Shown here piece after piece: positions 36,023 to 46,992 of a DNA stretch of 64,000 nucleotides (positions are counted from its first letter, which is position 1; each line of letters begins with the position of its first letter). Under the pieces are notes generated by a model. It had not been told where the DNA came from. It was given only the letters and a program-made list of their open reading frames with translations, and searched no databases. A program made the translations under genes and the position numbers. The stretch comes from Escherichia coli (GTDB lineage: Bacteria; Pseudomonadota; Gammaproteobacteria; Enterobacterales; Enterobacteriaceae), in the NCBI RefSeq assembly GCF_003334815.1, contig NZ_QOWO01000002.1; one strand, written 5' to 3'.

Positions 36023-36571
36023 ATGGACAAATTCGACGCTAATCGCCGCAAATTGCTGGCGCTTGGTGGCGTTGCACTCGGTGCCGCCATCCTGCCGACC
36101 CCTGCGTTTGCAACACTCTCTACCCCACGCCCGCGCATTTTGACACTCAATAATCTTCATACCGGAGAGTCAATCAAAGCGGAGTTTTTCGATGGCAGAG
36201 GCTATATTCAGGAAGAATTGGCAAAACTTAACCATTTTTTCCGCGATTACCGCGCGAACAAAATAAAGTCCATCGACCCAGGATTATTCGACCAGTTGTA
36301 TCGCCTGCAAGGGTTGTTAGGCACGCGCAAACCGGTGCAACTCATTTCCGGTTATCGTTCTATTGATACCAACAATGAACTACGCGCCCGCAGCCGTGGA
36401 GTAGCGAAGAAAAGCTATCACACTAAAGGCCAGGCGATGGATTTCCATATTGAAGGTATCGCGTTAAGCAATATTCGCAAAGCCGCGTTATCTATGCGCG
36501 CAGGTGGTGTAGGATATTATCCACGTAGTAACTTTGTGCATATTGATACCGGGCCAGCACGGCACTGGTAG
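36023..36571 (+). CDS. mepK: murein endopeptidase MepK (YcbK), Tat-exported
   Basis: Trimmed to ATG at 36023 giving 182 aa; twin-arginine motif (NRRKLLALGG). Confidence 0.88.
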   Translation: MDKFDANRRKLLALGGVALGAAILPTPAFATLSTPRPRILTLNNLHTGESIKAEFFDGRGYIQEELAKLNHFFRDYRANKIKSIDPGLFDQLYRLQGLLGTRKPVQLISGYRSIDTNNELRARSRGVAKKSYHTKGQAMDFHIEGIALSNIRKAALSMRAGGVGYYPRSNFVHIDTGPARHW

Positions 36572-36597
36572 TAATTGCTTAACGAAACAGGGGCAGT

Positions 36598-37245
36598 ATG
36601 AACTATCGTATTATTCCGGTCACCGCATTCTCCCAGAACTGTTCATTAATCTGGTGTGAACAAACCCGTCTGGCCGCACTGGTCGATCCTGGCGGCGATG
36701 CGGAAAAAATCAAACAGGAAGTTGATGACAGCGGCCTGACACTGATGCAGATCCTGCTGACGCATGGTCATCTGGACCACGTTGGCGCAGCGGCGGAACT
36801 GGCGCAACATTACGGCGTGCCGGTTTTCGGCCCGGAAAAAGAAGATGAGTTCTGGCTGCAAGGCTTGCCTGCGCAAAGTCGTATGTTTGGTCTGGAAGAG
36901 TGCCAGCCGCTGACGCCAGATCGTTGGCTGAACGAAGGCGATACCATCAGCATAGGGAATGTGACTTTACAGGTGTTACATTGCCCTGGGCATACGCCGG
37001 GTCATGTCGTGTTTTTTGATGATCGGGCAAAGCTGCTGATTTCTGGCGATGTTATTTTCAAAGGCGGAGTAGGGCGCAGTGACTTCCCGCGTGGCGATCA
37101 TAATCAACTGATTTCTTCAATCAAAGATAAATTGCTGCCACTGGGGGATGACGTGATATTTATTCCGGGTCACGGACCATTATCCACACTTGGTTATGAA
37201 CGCCTGCATAATCCCTTCCTGCAAGACGAAATGCCCGTCTGGTAA
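36598..37245 (+). CDS. gloC: metallo-beta-lactamase-fold hydroxyacylglutathione hydrolase (glyoxalase II-like)
   Basis: 215-aa ORF, HxHxDH motif ([11 protein letters not shown]). Confidence 0.9.
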
Positions 37246-37253
37246 GGCACATA

Positions 37254-37279
37254 AAAAAGCCCGCTTTTAATGCGGGCCT
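37254..37279. terminator. hairpin downstream of gloC (GCCCGC/GCGGGC)
   Basis: AAAAAAGCCCGCTTTTAATGCGGGC; A-run on one side gives a U-tract when read on the minus strand. Confidence 0.5.
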
Positions 37280-37308
37280 GGATTTCTGGCAAAGTGCGCT
37301 TTGTTTAT

Positions 37309-37342
37309 GCCGGATGCGGCACGAGCGCCTTATCCGGCCTAC
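37309..37342 (+). repeat. REP element (repetitive extragenic palindrome)
   Basis: GCCGGATGCGGCACGAGCGCCTTATCCGGCCTAC matches the REP consensus family. Confidence 0.8.
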
Positions 37343-37374
37343 AAAATCGTGCAAATTCAAAATATTGCAGGGGA

Positions 37375-37406
37375 CGCGTAGGCCTGATAAGCGTAGCGCA
37401 TCAGGC
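37375..37406 (-). repeat. REP element in inverted orientation (forms a BIME with 37309-37342)
   Basis: Reverse complement GCCTGATGCGCTACGCTTATCAGGCCTAC… matches the REP consensus family. Confidence 0.8.
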
Positions 37407-37428
37407 AATGTTGCGTTTGTCATCAGTC

Positions 37429-37460
37429 TCAGCCCGCTTTTCAGCGGGCTTCATTGTTTT
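37429..37460. terminator. hairpin immediately downstream of aspC (AGCCCGC/GCGGGCT)
   Basis: CAGCCCGCTTTTCAGCGGGCTTCATTGTTTTT. Confidence 0.5.
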
Positions 37461-37466
37461 TAATGC

Positions 37467-38657
37467 TTACAGCACTGCCACAATCGCTTCGCACAGCGGA
37501 GCCATGTTATCTGGTGTCATCCCGGCCACATTTACGCGACCAGAAGCAACCGCATATACGCCAAACTCTTCGCGCAGACGCAGCACTTGTTCTTTTGTCA
37601 GGCCACTGAAGGAGAACATGCCGTTCTGTTTGATGATAAAGCTGAAGTCGCGGTTTGCGCCTTTTTCCTGCAGCGTATTGACGAACAACTGACGCATACG
37701 CTGAATACGCTGGCGCATATCAGTCAGCTCTTGTTCCCAAATCGCACGTAACGCATCGTTGCTCAGGATGGTGGCAACAACAGAAGCGCCGTGTGCTGGT
37801 GGGTTAGAGTAGTTAGCGCGAATCGCCGCTTTCATTTGGCTGAATGCGCGATCAACGGTTTCACTGTCGGCAGCAACCAGAGTACAAGCGCCAACACGCT
37901 CGTTGTACAGGCCAAAGTTTTTAGAGTAGGAACTGGCAACAATCAGCTCTTTATGCATAGCCGCGAAAGCGCGCAGTCCTTCAGCATCTTCTTCCAGACC
38001 ACGGGCAAAACCCTGGTAAGCGAAGTCAAACAGCGGTAACCAGCCTTTCTCAACGGAGAGTTGTGCCAGTGTTTGCCATTGTTCCAGCGTAGGGTCGATA
38101 CCGGTTGGGTTATGGCAGCAGCCATGGAACAGCACTACGTCGCCAGCCTGAGCTTCATTCAGGCTGTTAATCAGTGCATCGAAGTCAAGAGTGTGATTTT
38201 CCGCATCATAATAAGCGTATTCACGAACTTCCAGACCTGCAGAGTTAAAGACGCTCTTATGGTTCGGCCAGCTTGGGTTGCTCACCCACACACGCTTAAC
38301 GCTGGTATTTTTTGCCAGGAAATCGGCAGCCACGCGTAGTGCGCCAGTGCCCCCCGGAGTCTGTGCCGTGCGAGCACGTTTGTCATTGATCAGGGCGCTA
38401 CCTTTACCAAACAGCAGTTCCTGAGTGCAGCGACCAAATTCAGGGATGCCGTCAATGCCGAGGTAATTTTTGGTGGTTTCATTTTCGAGCAGATACTGTT
38501 CAGCCTTTTTCACGCTGGTCAGTACCGGGGTTTTGCCCGTCTCATCTTTATAGACACCAATCCCGAGGTTAATTTTGCCGGGACGTTCATCGGCACGAAA
38601 CAGATCGGCCAGGCCCAGAATCGGGTCGGCAGGAGCGGCGGTAATGTTCTCAAACAT
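37467..38657 (-). CDS. aspC: aspartate aminotransferase
   Basis: 396-aa ORF ([60 protein letters not shown]…). Confidence 0.97.
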   Translation of the reverse strand: MFENITAAPADPILGLADLFRADERPGKINLGIGVYKDETGKTPVLTSVKKAEQYLLENETTKNYLGIDGIPEFGRCTQELLFGKGSALINDKRARTAQTPGGTGALRVAADFLAKNTSVKRVWVSNPSWPNHKSVFNSAGLEVREYAYYDAENHTLDFDALINSLNEAQAGDVVLFHGCCHNPTGIDPTLEQWQTLAQLSVEKGWLPLFDFAYQGFARGLEEDAEGLRAFAAMHKELIVASSYSKNFGLYNERVGACTLVAADSETVDRAFSQMKAAIRANYSNPPAHGASVVATILSNDALRAIWEQELTDMRQRIQRMRQLFVNTLQEKGANRDFSFIIKQNGMFSFSGLTKEQVLRLREEFGVYAVASGRVNVAGMTPDNMAPLCEAIVAVL

Positions 38658-38786
38658 GACGAGGTTCCATTATGGTTACAGAAGGGAAGTCCGCTATCAG
38701 GGTAACGGGAGATTTACAAAATTCCAACTATTACTGATGAAAACGCAGGCTGTTTTTGCAAGACGTGAGATTGCTCTGGAAGGTAT

Positions 38787-38816
38787 AAAAAAAACAGGAC
38801 CAAAGTCCTGTTTTTT
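38787..38816 (-). terminator. rho-independent terminator after ompF (bidirectional hairpin)
   Basis: A-run, CAGGAC-CAAA-GTCCTG, T-run. Confidence 0.85.
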
Positions 38817-38841
38817 CGGCATTTAACAAAGAGGTGTGCTA

Positions 38842-39930
38842 TTAGAACTGGTAAACGATACCCACAGCAACGGTGTCGTCTGAACCTACGCCCAGTTTGT
38901 TGTCAGAATCGATCTGGTTGATGATGTAGTCAACATAGGTGGACATGTTTTTGTTGAAGTAGTAGGTTGCGCCCACTTCAAAGTAGTTCACCAGATCAAC
39001 ATCACCGATACCTTCTACGTCTTTCGCTTTAGATTTGGTGTAAGCGATGGACGGACGCAGACCGAAATCGAACTGGTATTGCGCAACTAACAGAACGTCT
39101 TGCGTTTTGTTGGCGAAGCCGCTGGTGTTTGTAAATTTATTAGTGATCGGCGTAGCGTTACGGGTTTCACCGTAGTTCGCTGCCAGGTAGATGTTGTTCG
39201 CGTCGTACTTCAGACCAGTAGCCCACTGTTCAGCTTTTTTACCGTTGCCAAGAGGTTGAGCTTCTTGCAGGTTGGTACGGTCAGCTGCACCATAAGCACC
39301 AACGATACCAAAGCCTTCGTATTCGTAGCTGATAGAACCGCCAACACCGTCGCCGTTAGAACGGCGTGCAGTGTCACGCTCGTTTTTACCCAGGTACTGA
39401 ACAGCGAAGTTCAGGCCATCAACCAGACCAAAGAAGTTGGAGTTACGATAGGTAGCAACGCCGCCAACACGACCAACGAAGAAGTCATCGCTGTATGCAG
39501 TATCACCACCAAATTCTGGCAGCATATCGGTGTAACCCAGTGCATCATAAACCACACCGTAGTTACGGCCGTAATCGAAAGAACCAACGTCAGCGTATTT
39601 AAGACCCGCGAATGCCAGACGCGTTTTGTTACCAGTTTGAGCGTCAGCGCCTTCAGAGTTGTTACCCTGGAAGTTATATTCCCACTGACCATAACCGGTC
39701 AGATCGGAATTGATTTGAGTTTCCCCTTTAAAACCAAGACGGGCATAGGTCATGTCGCCATTGCCACCGTAACTGTTTTCACCGTTACCCTTGGAAAAAT
39801 AATGCAGACCAACAGCTTTACCGTACAGATCTACTTTGTTGCCATCTTTGTTATAGATTTCTGCAGCGTTTGCAGTACCTGCTACTAACAGAGCAGGGAC
39901 GATCACTGCCAGAATATTGCGCTTCATCAT
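38842..39930 (-). CDS. ompF: outer membrane porin F
   Basis: 362-aa ORF, signal peptide [23 protein letters not shown]-terminal …VGIVYQF. Confidence 0.97.
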
Positions 39931-40080
39931 TATTTATTACCCTCATGGTTTTTTTTATGACACCTGCCACTGCCGTCAATAAGTTCTGTCAATAAAAATT
40001 TACGGAACTATTGATGAGAGTTTGGTGTCTTTATGTGTCTGCAGGCATCTTTCCATTCAAACTAACGTTTCGCTACCGTG

Positions 40081-40140
40081 AAAGTGCTACAAAGATAAAG
40101 ATTTGGTTTCAAAAAGAAAAAATATGTAACCAAAAGTAAA
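40081..40140 (-). promoter_or_regulatory. OmpR binding sites F1-F3 of the ompF promoter
   Basis: Reverse complement reads TTTACTTTTGGTTACATATT / TTTTCTTTTTGAAACCAAAT / CTTTATCTTTGTAGCACTTT, the canonical three tandem 20-bp OmpR boxes; implies ompF TSS near 40040 and a roughly 110-nt leader. Confidence 0.8.
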
Positions 40141-40355
40141 ATTTAAGGAACTTTGTGAACACCGTCATATTTCCATAGAGACGTGATGATATTTACAGCA
40201 ATTTTAATCTATTTATATGATTTCCTTATATTTAAATTAACTAAACGGAAATTTTGTTTCTGATGGAAACTTTATCGACCTGGCACAAAATCTTCTTTCA
40301 GACATCCAGAATGCCAAAAAATAGTATGAAAATTGTGCTATTAGCTAAGAAAAAA

Positions 40356-40388
40356 CTAATCCGCAATAAGAATGCGGATTAGTTTTTG
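40356..40388. terminator. strong hairpin with flanking A- and T-runs inside the ompF upstream region
   Basis: AAAAA-CTAATCCGCA-ATAAGAA-TGCGGATTAG-TTTTT. Confidence 0.55.
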
Positions 40389-40491
40389 CGCGTAAATGTT
40401 GCAATGTAATATTCCGTAACAGGATGATCGTTATGGCGGGGTTGCAAATAGATTGCTTGACTTAACAAACAGATAACTTGACAGAAAAGAT

Positions 40492-40519
40492 AAAAAAAGA
40501 GCCAGCGGGCGCTGGCTCT
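40492..40519 (-). terminator. rho-independent terminator after asnS
   Basis: AGAGCCAGC-GGGC-GCTGGCTCT with T-run on the minus strand (plus-strand A-run 40492-40498). Confidence 0.8.
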
Positions 40520-40532
40520 TGAAGACGCTAAA

Positions 40533-41933
40533 TTAGAAGCTGGCGTTACGCGGAGTACGTGGGAACGGAATCACATCACGTACGTTTTGCACGCCAGTTA
40601 CGTAAGCAATCAGACGTTCAAAACCAAGACCGAAACCTGAATGCGGAACAGTACCGTAGCGACGCAGATCGCGATACCACCAGTAATCTTCTTTATTCAG
40701 GCCCATTTCCAGCATACGCTCGTCCAGCACGTCCAGACGTTCTTCACGCTGGGAGCCACCAATGATCTCACCGATGCCCGGAGCCAGAACGTCCATAGCC
40801 GCAACGGTTTTACCGTCTTCGTTAAGGCGCATATAGAACGCTTTAATATCTTTCGGATAGTTTTTAACCACTACCGGTGCTTTAAAGTGTTCTTCCGCCA
40901 GATAACGCTCATGCTCAGAAGAGAGATCGACTCCCCAGTAAACCGGGTTTTCAAACTTCCTGCCGCAGTTTTCGAGAATGGTCACTGCGTCGGTATAATC
41001 CACCTGCGCAAAATCGGCTTCAATGAAGCGTTCCAGACGTGAAACGGCATCTTTATCTACGCGTTCAGCGAAGAATTTCATGTCGTCAGCGCGTTCTTCG
41101 AGAACCGCTTTGAAGACATATTTCAGCATGGCTTCAGCCAGACCCGCAATATCGTTCAGGTTAGCAAACGCCACTTCCGGCTCCAGCATCCAGAATTCCG
41201 CCAGGTGACGGCTGGTGTTGGAGTTTTCAGCACGGAAAGTCGGGCCGAAGGTATAAATTTTGGACAATGCGCAAGCGTAGGTTTCGCCGTTCAACTGGCC
41301 AGATACGGTCAGGAAAGACTCTTTACCAAAGAAGTCTTTGTCGAAATCCACTTTGCCCTGATCGTTACGCGGCAGGTTTTCCAGATCCAGCGTAGAAACG
41401 CGGAACATTTCGCCTGCACCTTCGGTATCAGATGCGGTAATCAGTGGCGTTGAAACCCAGAAGAATCCCTGCTCGTTAAAGAAGCGATGCAGCGCCTGCG
41501 CCAGCGTATGGCGAACGCGCGCGACGGCACCAATCAGGTTTGTGCGCGGACGCAGGTGAGCGACTTCACGCAGATACTCAATGCTGTGGCGTTTTGCCGC
41601 CATCGGGTAAGTGTCTGGATCTTCAACCCAACCAGCAACTTCAACCTTGCTGGCCTGAATTTCAAATTGTTGCCCCTGGCCCGGCGACGCCACGACTTTA
41701 CCCGTCACAATGACCGAGCAGCCGGTGGTCAGACGCAGGACGTCTTCATTGTAATTGGGCAGAGAATTATTGATGACAGCCTGTACAGGATCAAAGCAGG
41801 AACCGTCATAAACGGCGAGGAAGGAGATGCCAGCTTTTGAATCTCGGCGGGTACGTACCCATCCGCGCACGGTGACTTCGCTGTCAACGGCTACACGGCC
41901 CTGGAGTACGTCGGCTACAGGCACAACGCTCAT
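40533..41933 (-). CDS. asnS: asparaginyl-tRNA synthetase
   Basis: ORF-track 481 aa trimmed to ATG at 41933 giving 466 aa ([45 protein letters not shown]…). Confidence 0.96.
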
Positions 41934-42065
41934 AATATTCTCTCTGTTAATAGTCGGAAAAAATAAACACTTGTCCACCCGTAAATGGGGGGATACCTAT
42001 GTTACCTGGCATCTGCAATCAGACAAGCAGAATTCGCAAATGCAGCGAAAGATTTCGGAATTAAA

Positions 42066-42094
42066 GGTAAAAAAAGGGAGCCGATTAGCTCCCT
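42066..42094 (-). terminator. rho-independent terminator after pncB
   Basis: AGGGAGC-CGATTA-GCTCCCT with T7 run on the minus strand. Confidence 0.8.
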
Positions 42095-42101
42095 GATGAT
42101 A

Positions 42102-43304
42102 TTAACTGGCTTTTTTAATATGCGGAAGGTCGAACGCTTTGCGCAGCGCCCGAACAAACGCTTTATCATGGCAGATAGTTTTGCCAGGGCTGTCAGAAAG
42201 TTTCGCCACCGGTTTACCGTTACACTCTACCAACTTAATGACAATATTCAGGGGTTTTACCTGGGGGATATCGCAGGTCAGGCGAGTCCCAATACCAAAA
42301 CTTAATTGCACGCGGGAAGAGAAGTGGCGGTATAGCTCAACCGCTTTGCGTAAATCCAGATTGTCAGAGAAAACCAGCGTTTTACTCTGTGGATCAATTC
42401 CCAGCTTTTCATAATGTGCAATGGCTTTTTCACCCCATTCAACCGGGTCGCCAGAGTCATGACGCAGGCCCTGATACCGACTAGCGAACTCGACACCGAA
42501 ATCACGCAGGAAAGCATCCATAGTGATGCAGTCGGTTAATGCAATGCCAAGTTGGTCGGGATACTCTTCCAGCCAGGCAGCAAGTGCAGCTCGCTGGCTG
42601 TTGGCTAGATCCGGGCTGATTTGCTGATGTGCCTGGAACCATTCGTGTGCCTGTGTTCCCATCGGCGTGAGGGAAAGCCGACGCGCCAGATCGTAGTTGC
42701 TGGTGCCCACAAACCAGGATTCCTGTTGCAGACGCTTAACGATGGTTTCTTGTACTTCGCGAGAAAAACGGCGACGGGTGCCAAAATCCATCAGATGGAA
42801 GCGCGACATATCAAGACCGGCGGTTAACGCCGAGAAGTCGACTAATTTGCTTTCCAGCGTGTCGAGGGCTTGCGCAACGTCGGCCTGCGGTGAGCGATAG
42901 CGATGTACCATTTCACTGATAACCGCCAGCAAAGGAACTTCCCAGAGGATGACTTCACGCCACGGGCCGCTTAAACGAATATCCAGCTTGCCATTATCGT
43001 TGGACACGGTGACTTGTTCCGGGTTAAAGCGGAACTCGCGTAACCAGTTAAGATAGTCGGCCTTAAAGAAAGGCAGGGCAGAAAGCCACTGATATTCATC
43101 ATCCTGCAGGCGCAGGTGCTGCATCGCCTGAACCTGTTCACGAATAGCATCGGCATAAATACCCAGCAGATCGTCACCTCGGCAACGAAACTCCGCCGCG
43201 ACATGCACATCGTAATAGTGATGAAACACGGCTTGCTGCATATGCAACTTATAAGCATCTGTATCCAGCAACGAGTGCAGAACAGGAGAAGCGAATTGTG
43301 TCAT
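42102..43304 (-). CDS. pncB: nicotinate phosphoribosyltransferase
   Basis: ORF-track 416 aa trimmed to ATG at 43304 giving 400 aa ([32 protein letters not shown]…). Confidence 0.95.
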   Translation of the reverse strand: MTQFASPVLHSLLDTDAYKLHMQQAVFHHYYDVHVAAEFRCRGDDLLGIYADAIREQVQAMQHLRLQDDEYQWLSALPFFKADYLNWLREFRFNPEQVTVSNDNGKLDIRLSGPWREVILWEVPLLAVISEMVHRYRSPQADVAQALDTLESKLVDFSALTAGLDMSRFHLMDFGTRRRFSREVQETIVKRLQQESWFVGTSNYDLARRLSLTPMGTQAHEWFQAHQQISPDLANSQRAALAAWLEEYPDQLGIALTDCITMDAFLRDFGVEFASRYQGLRHDSGDPVEWGEKAIAHYEKLGIDPQSKTLVFSDNLDLRKAVELYRHFSSRVQLSFGIGTRLTCDIPQVKPLNIVIKLVECNGKPVAKLSDSPGKTICHDKAFVRALRKAFDLPHIKKAS

Positions 43305-43333
43305 AGGTGCGCAGTAGCGTCCTCGTACAGGAG

Positions 43334-43351
43334 CGTTTAGTACAATAAACA
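43334..43351. promoter_or_regulatory. NadR operator-like palindrome (NAD box) upstream of pncB
   Basis: CGTTTA-GTACAA-TAAACA, near match to TGTTTA-N6-TAAACA, 30-47 bp upstream of the pncB start codon. Confidence 0.65.
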
Positions 43352-43569
43352 TCTTCAGGAACTGCTGGAGTATACCTTGTTTCGCAATTTATTGAACCCC
43401 GATCACACCATATGCCACCTTTCTGGTCGATGGCATTACGCGGTGTATGTTATAAAAATGTAGCAATAAAGGCGTTTGTACCTGAAAAGATGAAGATTCT
43501 GCATAGCGCGATTTACGCAACAGGAATAGACTGAACACCAGACTCTATAAAAGATGCTAAAGGTTATTT

Positions 43570-46182
43570 ATGACTCAACAGCCACAAGCCAAATACCGTC
43601 ACGATTATCGTGCGCCGGATTACCAGATTACTGATATTGACTTGACCTTTGACCTCGACGCGCAAAAGACGGTCGTTACCGCGGTCAGCCAGGCTGTCCG
43701 TCATGGTGCATCAGATGCTCCCCTTCGTCTCAACGGCGAAGACCTCAAACTGGTTTCTGTTCATATTAATGATGAGCCGTGGACCGCCTGGAAAGAAGAA
43801 GAGGGCGCACTGGTTATCAGTAATTTGCCGGAGCGTTTTACGCTTAAGATCATTAATGAAATAAGCCCGGCGGCGAATACCGCGCTGGAAGGGCTTTATC
43901 AGTCAGGCGATGCGCTTTGCACCCAGTGTGAAGCCGAAGGTTTCCGCCATATTACGTATTATCTCGACCGCCCGGACGTGCTGGCGCGTTTTACCACCAA
44001 AATTATTGCCGATAAAATCAAATATCCCTTCCTGCTTTCCAATGGTAACCGCGTTGCGCAAGGCGAACTGGAAAACGGACGCCATTGGGTACAGTGGCAG
44101 GACCCGTTCCCGAAACCGTGCTACCTGTTTGCGCTGGTGGCAGGCGACTTTGATGTACTGCGCGATACCTTTACCACGCGTTCTGGTCGCGAAGTAGCAC
44201 TGGAGCTGTACGTCGATCGCGGCAACCTTGATCGCGCGCCGTGGGCGATGACCTCGCTGAAAAACTCCATGAAATGGGATGAAGAACGCTTTGGCCTGGA
44301 GTATGACCTCGACATCTATATGATCGTCGCGGTGGATTTCTTCAATATGGGCGCAATGGAGAATAAGGGGCTGAATATCTTTAACTCCAAATATGTGCTG
44401 GCCCGCACCGACACCGCCACCGACAAAGATTACCTCGATATTGAACGCGTTATCGGCCATGAATATTTCCATAACTGGACCGGTAACCGAGTGACCTGTC
44501 GCGACTGGTTCCAGCTCAGCCTGAAAGAAGGTTTAACCGTCTTCCGCGATCAGGAGTTCAGCTCTGACCTTGGTTCCCGCGCAGTTAACCGCATCAATAA
44601 TGTACGCACCATGCGCGGATTGCAGTTTGCAGAAGACGCCAGCCCGATGGCGCACCCGATCCGCCCGGATATGGTCATTGAGATGAACAACTTCTACACC
44701 CTGACCGTTTACGAGAAGGGAGCGGAAGTGATTCGCATGATCCACACCCTGCTTGGCGAAGAAAACTTCCAGAAAGGGATGCAGCTTTATTTCGAGCGTC
44801 ATGATGGTAGTGCAGCGACCTGTGACGACTTTGTGCAGGCGATGGAAGATGCGTCGAATGTCGATCTCTCCCATTTCCGCCGTTGGTACAGCCAGTCCGG
44901 TACACCGATTGTGACCGTCAAAGACGACTACAATCCGGAAACCGAGCAGTACACCCTGACCATCAGCCAGCGCACGCCAGCCACGCCGGATCAGGCAGAA
45001 AAACAGCCGCTGCATATTCCGTTTGCCATCGAACTGTATGATAACGAAGGCAAAGTGATCCCGTTGCAGAAAGGCGGTCATCCGGTGAATTCCGTGCTGA
45101 ACGTCACTCAGGCGGAACAGACCTTTGTCTTTGATAATGTCTACTTCCAGCCGGTGCCTGCGCTGCTGTGCGAATTCTCTGCGCCAGTGAAACTGGAATA
45201 TAAGTGGAGCGATCAGCAACTGACCTTCCTGATGCGTCATGCGCGTAATGATTTCTCCCGCTGGGATGCGGCGCAAAGTTTGCTGGCAACCTACATCAAG
45301 CTGAACGTCGCGCGTCATCAGCAAGGTCAGCCGCTGTCTCTGCCGGTGCATGTGGCTGATGCTTTCCGCGCGGTACTGCTTGATGAGAAGATTGATCCAG
45401 CGCTGGCGGCAGAAATCCTGACGCTGCCTTCTGTCAATGAAATGGCTGAATTGTTCGATATCATCGACCCGATTGCTATTGCCGAAGTACGCGAAGCACT
45501 CACTCGTACTCTGGCGACTGAACTGGCGGATGAGCTACTGGCTATTTACAACGCGAATTACCAGAGCGAGTACCGTGTTGAGCATGAAGATATTGCAAAA
45601 CGCACTCTGCGTAATGCCTGCCTGCGTTTCCTCGCTTTTGGTGAAACGCATCTGGCTGATGTGCTGGTGAGCAAGCAGTTCCACGAAGCAAACAATATGA
45701 CTGATGCGCTGGCGGCGCTTTCTGCGGCGGTTGCCGCACAGCTGCCTTGCCGTGACGCGCTGATGCAGGAGTACGACGACAAGTGGCATCAGAACGGTCT
45801 GGTGATGGATAAATGGTTTATCCTGCAAGCCACCAGCCCGGCGGCGAATGTGCTGGAGACGGTGCGCGGCCTGTTGCAGCATCGCTCATTTACCATGAGC
45901 AACCCGAACCGTATTCGTTCGTTGATTGGCGCGTTTGCGGGCAGCAATCCGGCAGCGTTCCATGCCGAAGATGGCAGCGGTTACCTGTTCCTGGTGGAAA
46001 TGCTTACCGACCTCAACAGCCGTAACCCGCAGGTGGCTTCACGTCTGATTGAACCGCTGATTCGCCTGAAACGTTACGATGCCAAACGTCAGGAGAAAAT
46101 GCGCGCGGCGCTGGAACAGTTGAAAGGGCTGGAAAATCTCTCTGGCGATCTGTACGAGAAGATAACTAAAGCACTGGCTTGA
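43570..46182 (+). CDS. pepN: aminopeptidase N (M1 family)
   Basis: 870-aa ORF, zinc-binding HEYFHNWTGNRVT with downstream GAMEN motif. Confidence 0.97.
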   Translation: MTQQPQAKYRHDYRAPDYQITDIDLTFDLDAQKTVVTAVSQAVRHGASDAPLRLNGEDLKLVSVHINDEPWTAWKEEEGALVISNLPERFTLKIINEISPAANTALEGLYQSGDALCTQCEAEGFRHITYYLDRPDVLARFTTKIIADKIKYPFLLSNGNRVAQGELENGRHWVQWQDPFPKPCYLFALVAGDFDVLRDTFTTRSGREVALELYVDRGNLDRAPWAMTSLKNSMKWDEERFGLEYDLDIYMIVAVDFFNMGAMENKGLNIFNSKYVLARTDTATDKDYLDIERVIGHEYFHNWTGNRVTCRDWFQLSLKEGLTVFRDQEFSSDLGSRAVNRINNVRTMRGLQFAEDASPMAHPIRPDMVIEMNNFYTLTVYEKGAEVIRMIHTLLGEENFQKGMQLYFERHDGSAATCDDFVQAMEDASNVDLSHFRRWYSQSGTPIVTVKDDYNPETEQYTLTISQRTPATPDQAEKQPLHIPFAIELYDNEGKVIPLQKGGHPVNSVLNVTQAEQTFVFDNVYFQPVPALLCEFSAPVKLEYKWSDQQLTFLMRHARNDFSRWDAAQSLLATYIKLNVARHQQGQPLSLPVHVADAFRAVLLDEKIDPALAAEILTLPSVNEMAELFDIIDPIAIAEVREALTRTLATELADELLAIYNANYQSEYRVEHEDIAKRTLRNACLRFLAFGETHLADVLVSKQFHEANNMTDALAALSAAVAAQLPCRDALMQEYDDKWHQNGLVMDKWFILQATSPAANVLETVRGLLQHRSFTMSNPNRIRSLIGAFAGSNPAAFHAEDGSGYLFLVEMLTDLNSRNPQVASRLIEPLIRLKRYDAKRQEKMRAALEQLKGLENLSGDLYEKITKALA

Positions 46183-46189
46183 TAAATAA

Positions 46190-46219
46190 CCGAATGGCGG
46201 CAATAGCGCCGCCATTCGG
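46190..46219. terminator. bidirectional terminator hairpin between convergent pepN and ssuB
   Basis: 12-bp perfect stem CCGAATGGCGGC / GCCGCCATTCGG with 6-nt loop, in the 42-bp gap. Confidence 0.8.
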
Positions 46220-46224
46220 GGAAT

Positions 46225-46992
46225 TTACCCCTGTTTTCTCAGGCGAGTTTCAGATTCACCACGTTGCATCACCCGTTGCAACACCTCCGCTTCCAGCTCC
46301 GCTAATCGCACCGACCCTAATCGACGCGGACGGGGGATATCCACTGTCAAATCCAGACCAATTTTTCCCTCTTCAATTAACAGCACCCGGTCAGCCATCG
46401 CTACCGCTTCGCTCACATCATGCGTCACCAACAGTACGGTAAAGCCGTGCTCCTGCCAAAGTGACACAATCAAATCCTGCATCTCGAGTCGCGTTAAGGC
46501 GTCCAGCGCCCCGAGCGGTTCATCAAGCAACAATAATCCCGGTCGATGAATCAACGCTCTTGCCAGCGCCACTCGCTGTTTCTGCCCGCCAGAAAGTGCG
46601 GCAGGCCATTCCCCTGCGCGATTCTCCAGTCCTACCGCAGCCAACGCTCGACGTGCGGCATCGCGCCACTGGCCTTTAAGGCCTAACCCAACGTTATCAA
46701 TCACCGATTTCCACGGTAGCAGACGCGCATCCTGAAACATCATTCGCGTGTCTTCCTGAATTTCAGCCAGCGGTGTGGTGCCCGCTAACACATCGCCTGC
46801 GGTTGGCGTTTCCAGACCTGCCAGCAGGCGCAGCAGGGTACTTTTGCCACCACCGCTGCGGCCCACCACCGCCACAAACTGACCTGCCGGAATATGTAAA
46901 TCCAGTTGGTTCAGGACGATATTTTCCGCGTAATGTTTGCTTACTGCATTGAGCAACAATGGCGTGCCCTGGTTCAGACGAGCAGTATTCAT
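46225..46992 (-). CDS. ssuB: aliphatic sulfonate ABC transporter ATP-binding protein
   Basis: 255-aa ORF, Walker [10 protein letters not shown], signature LSGGQKQR; last gene of ssuEADCB. Confidence 0.93.

Noticed and set aside
37270-37692. 140-aa plus-strand ORF spanning the gloC-aspC gap
   Set aside because: Runs through two REP palindromes and then antisense into aspC; REP elements commonly create spurious open frames
44533-45351. 272-aa minus-strand ORF inside pepN and 203-aa minus-strand ORF inside rlmL (61845-62456)
   Set aside because: Antisense artefacts inside well-supported genes
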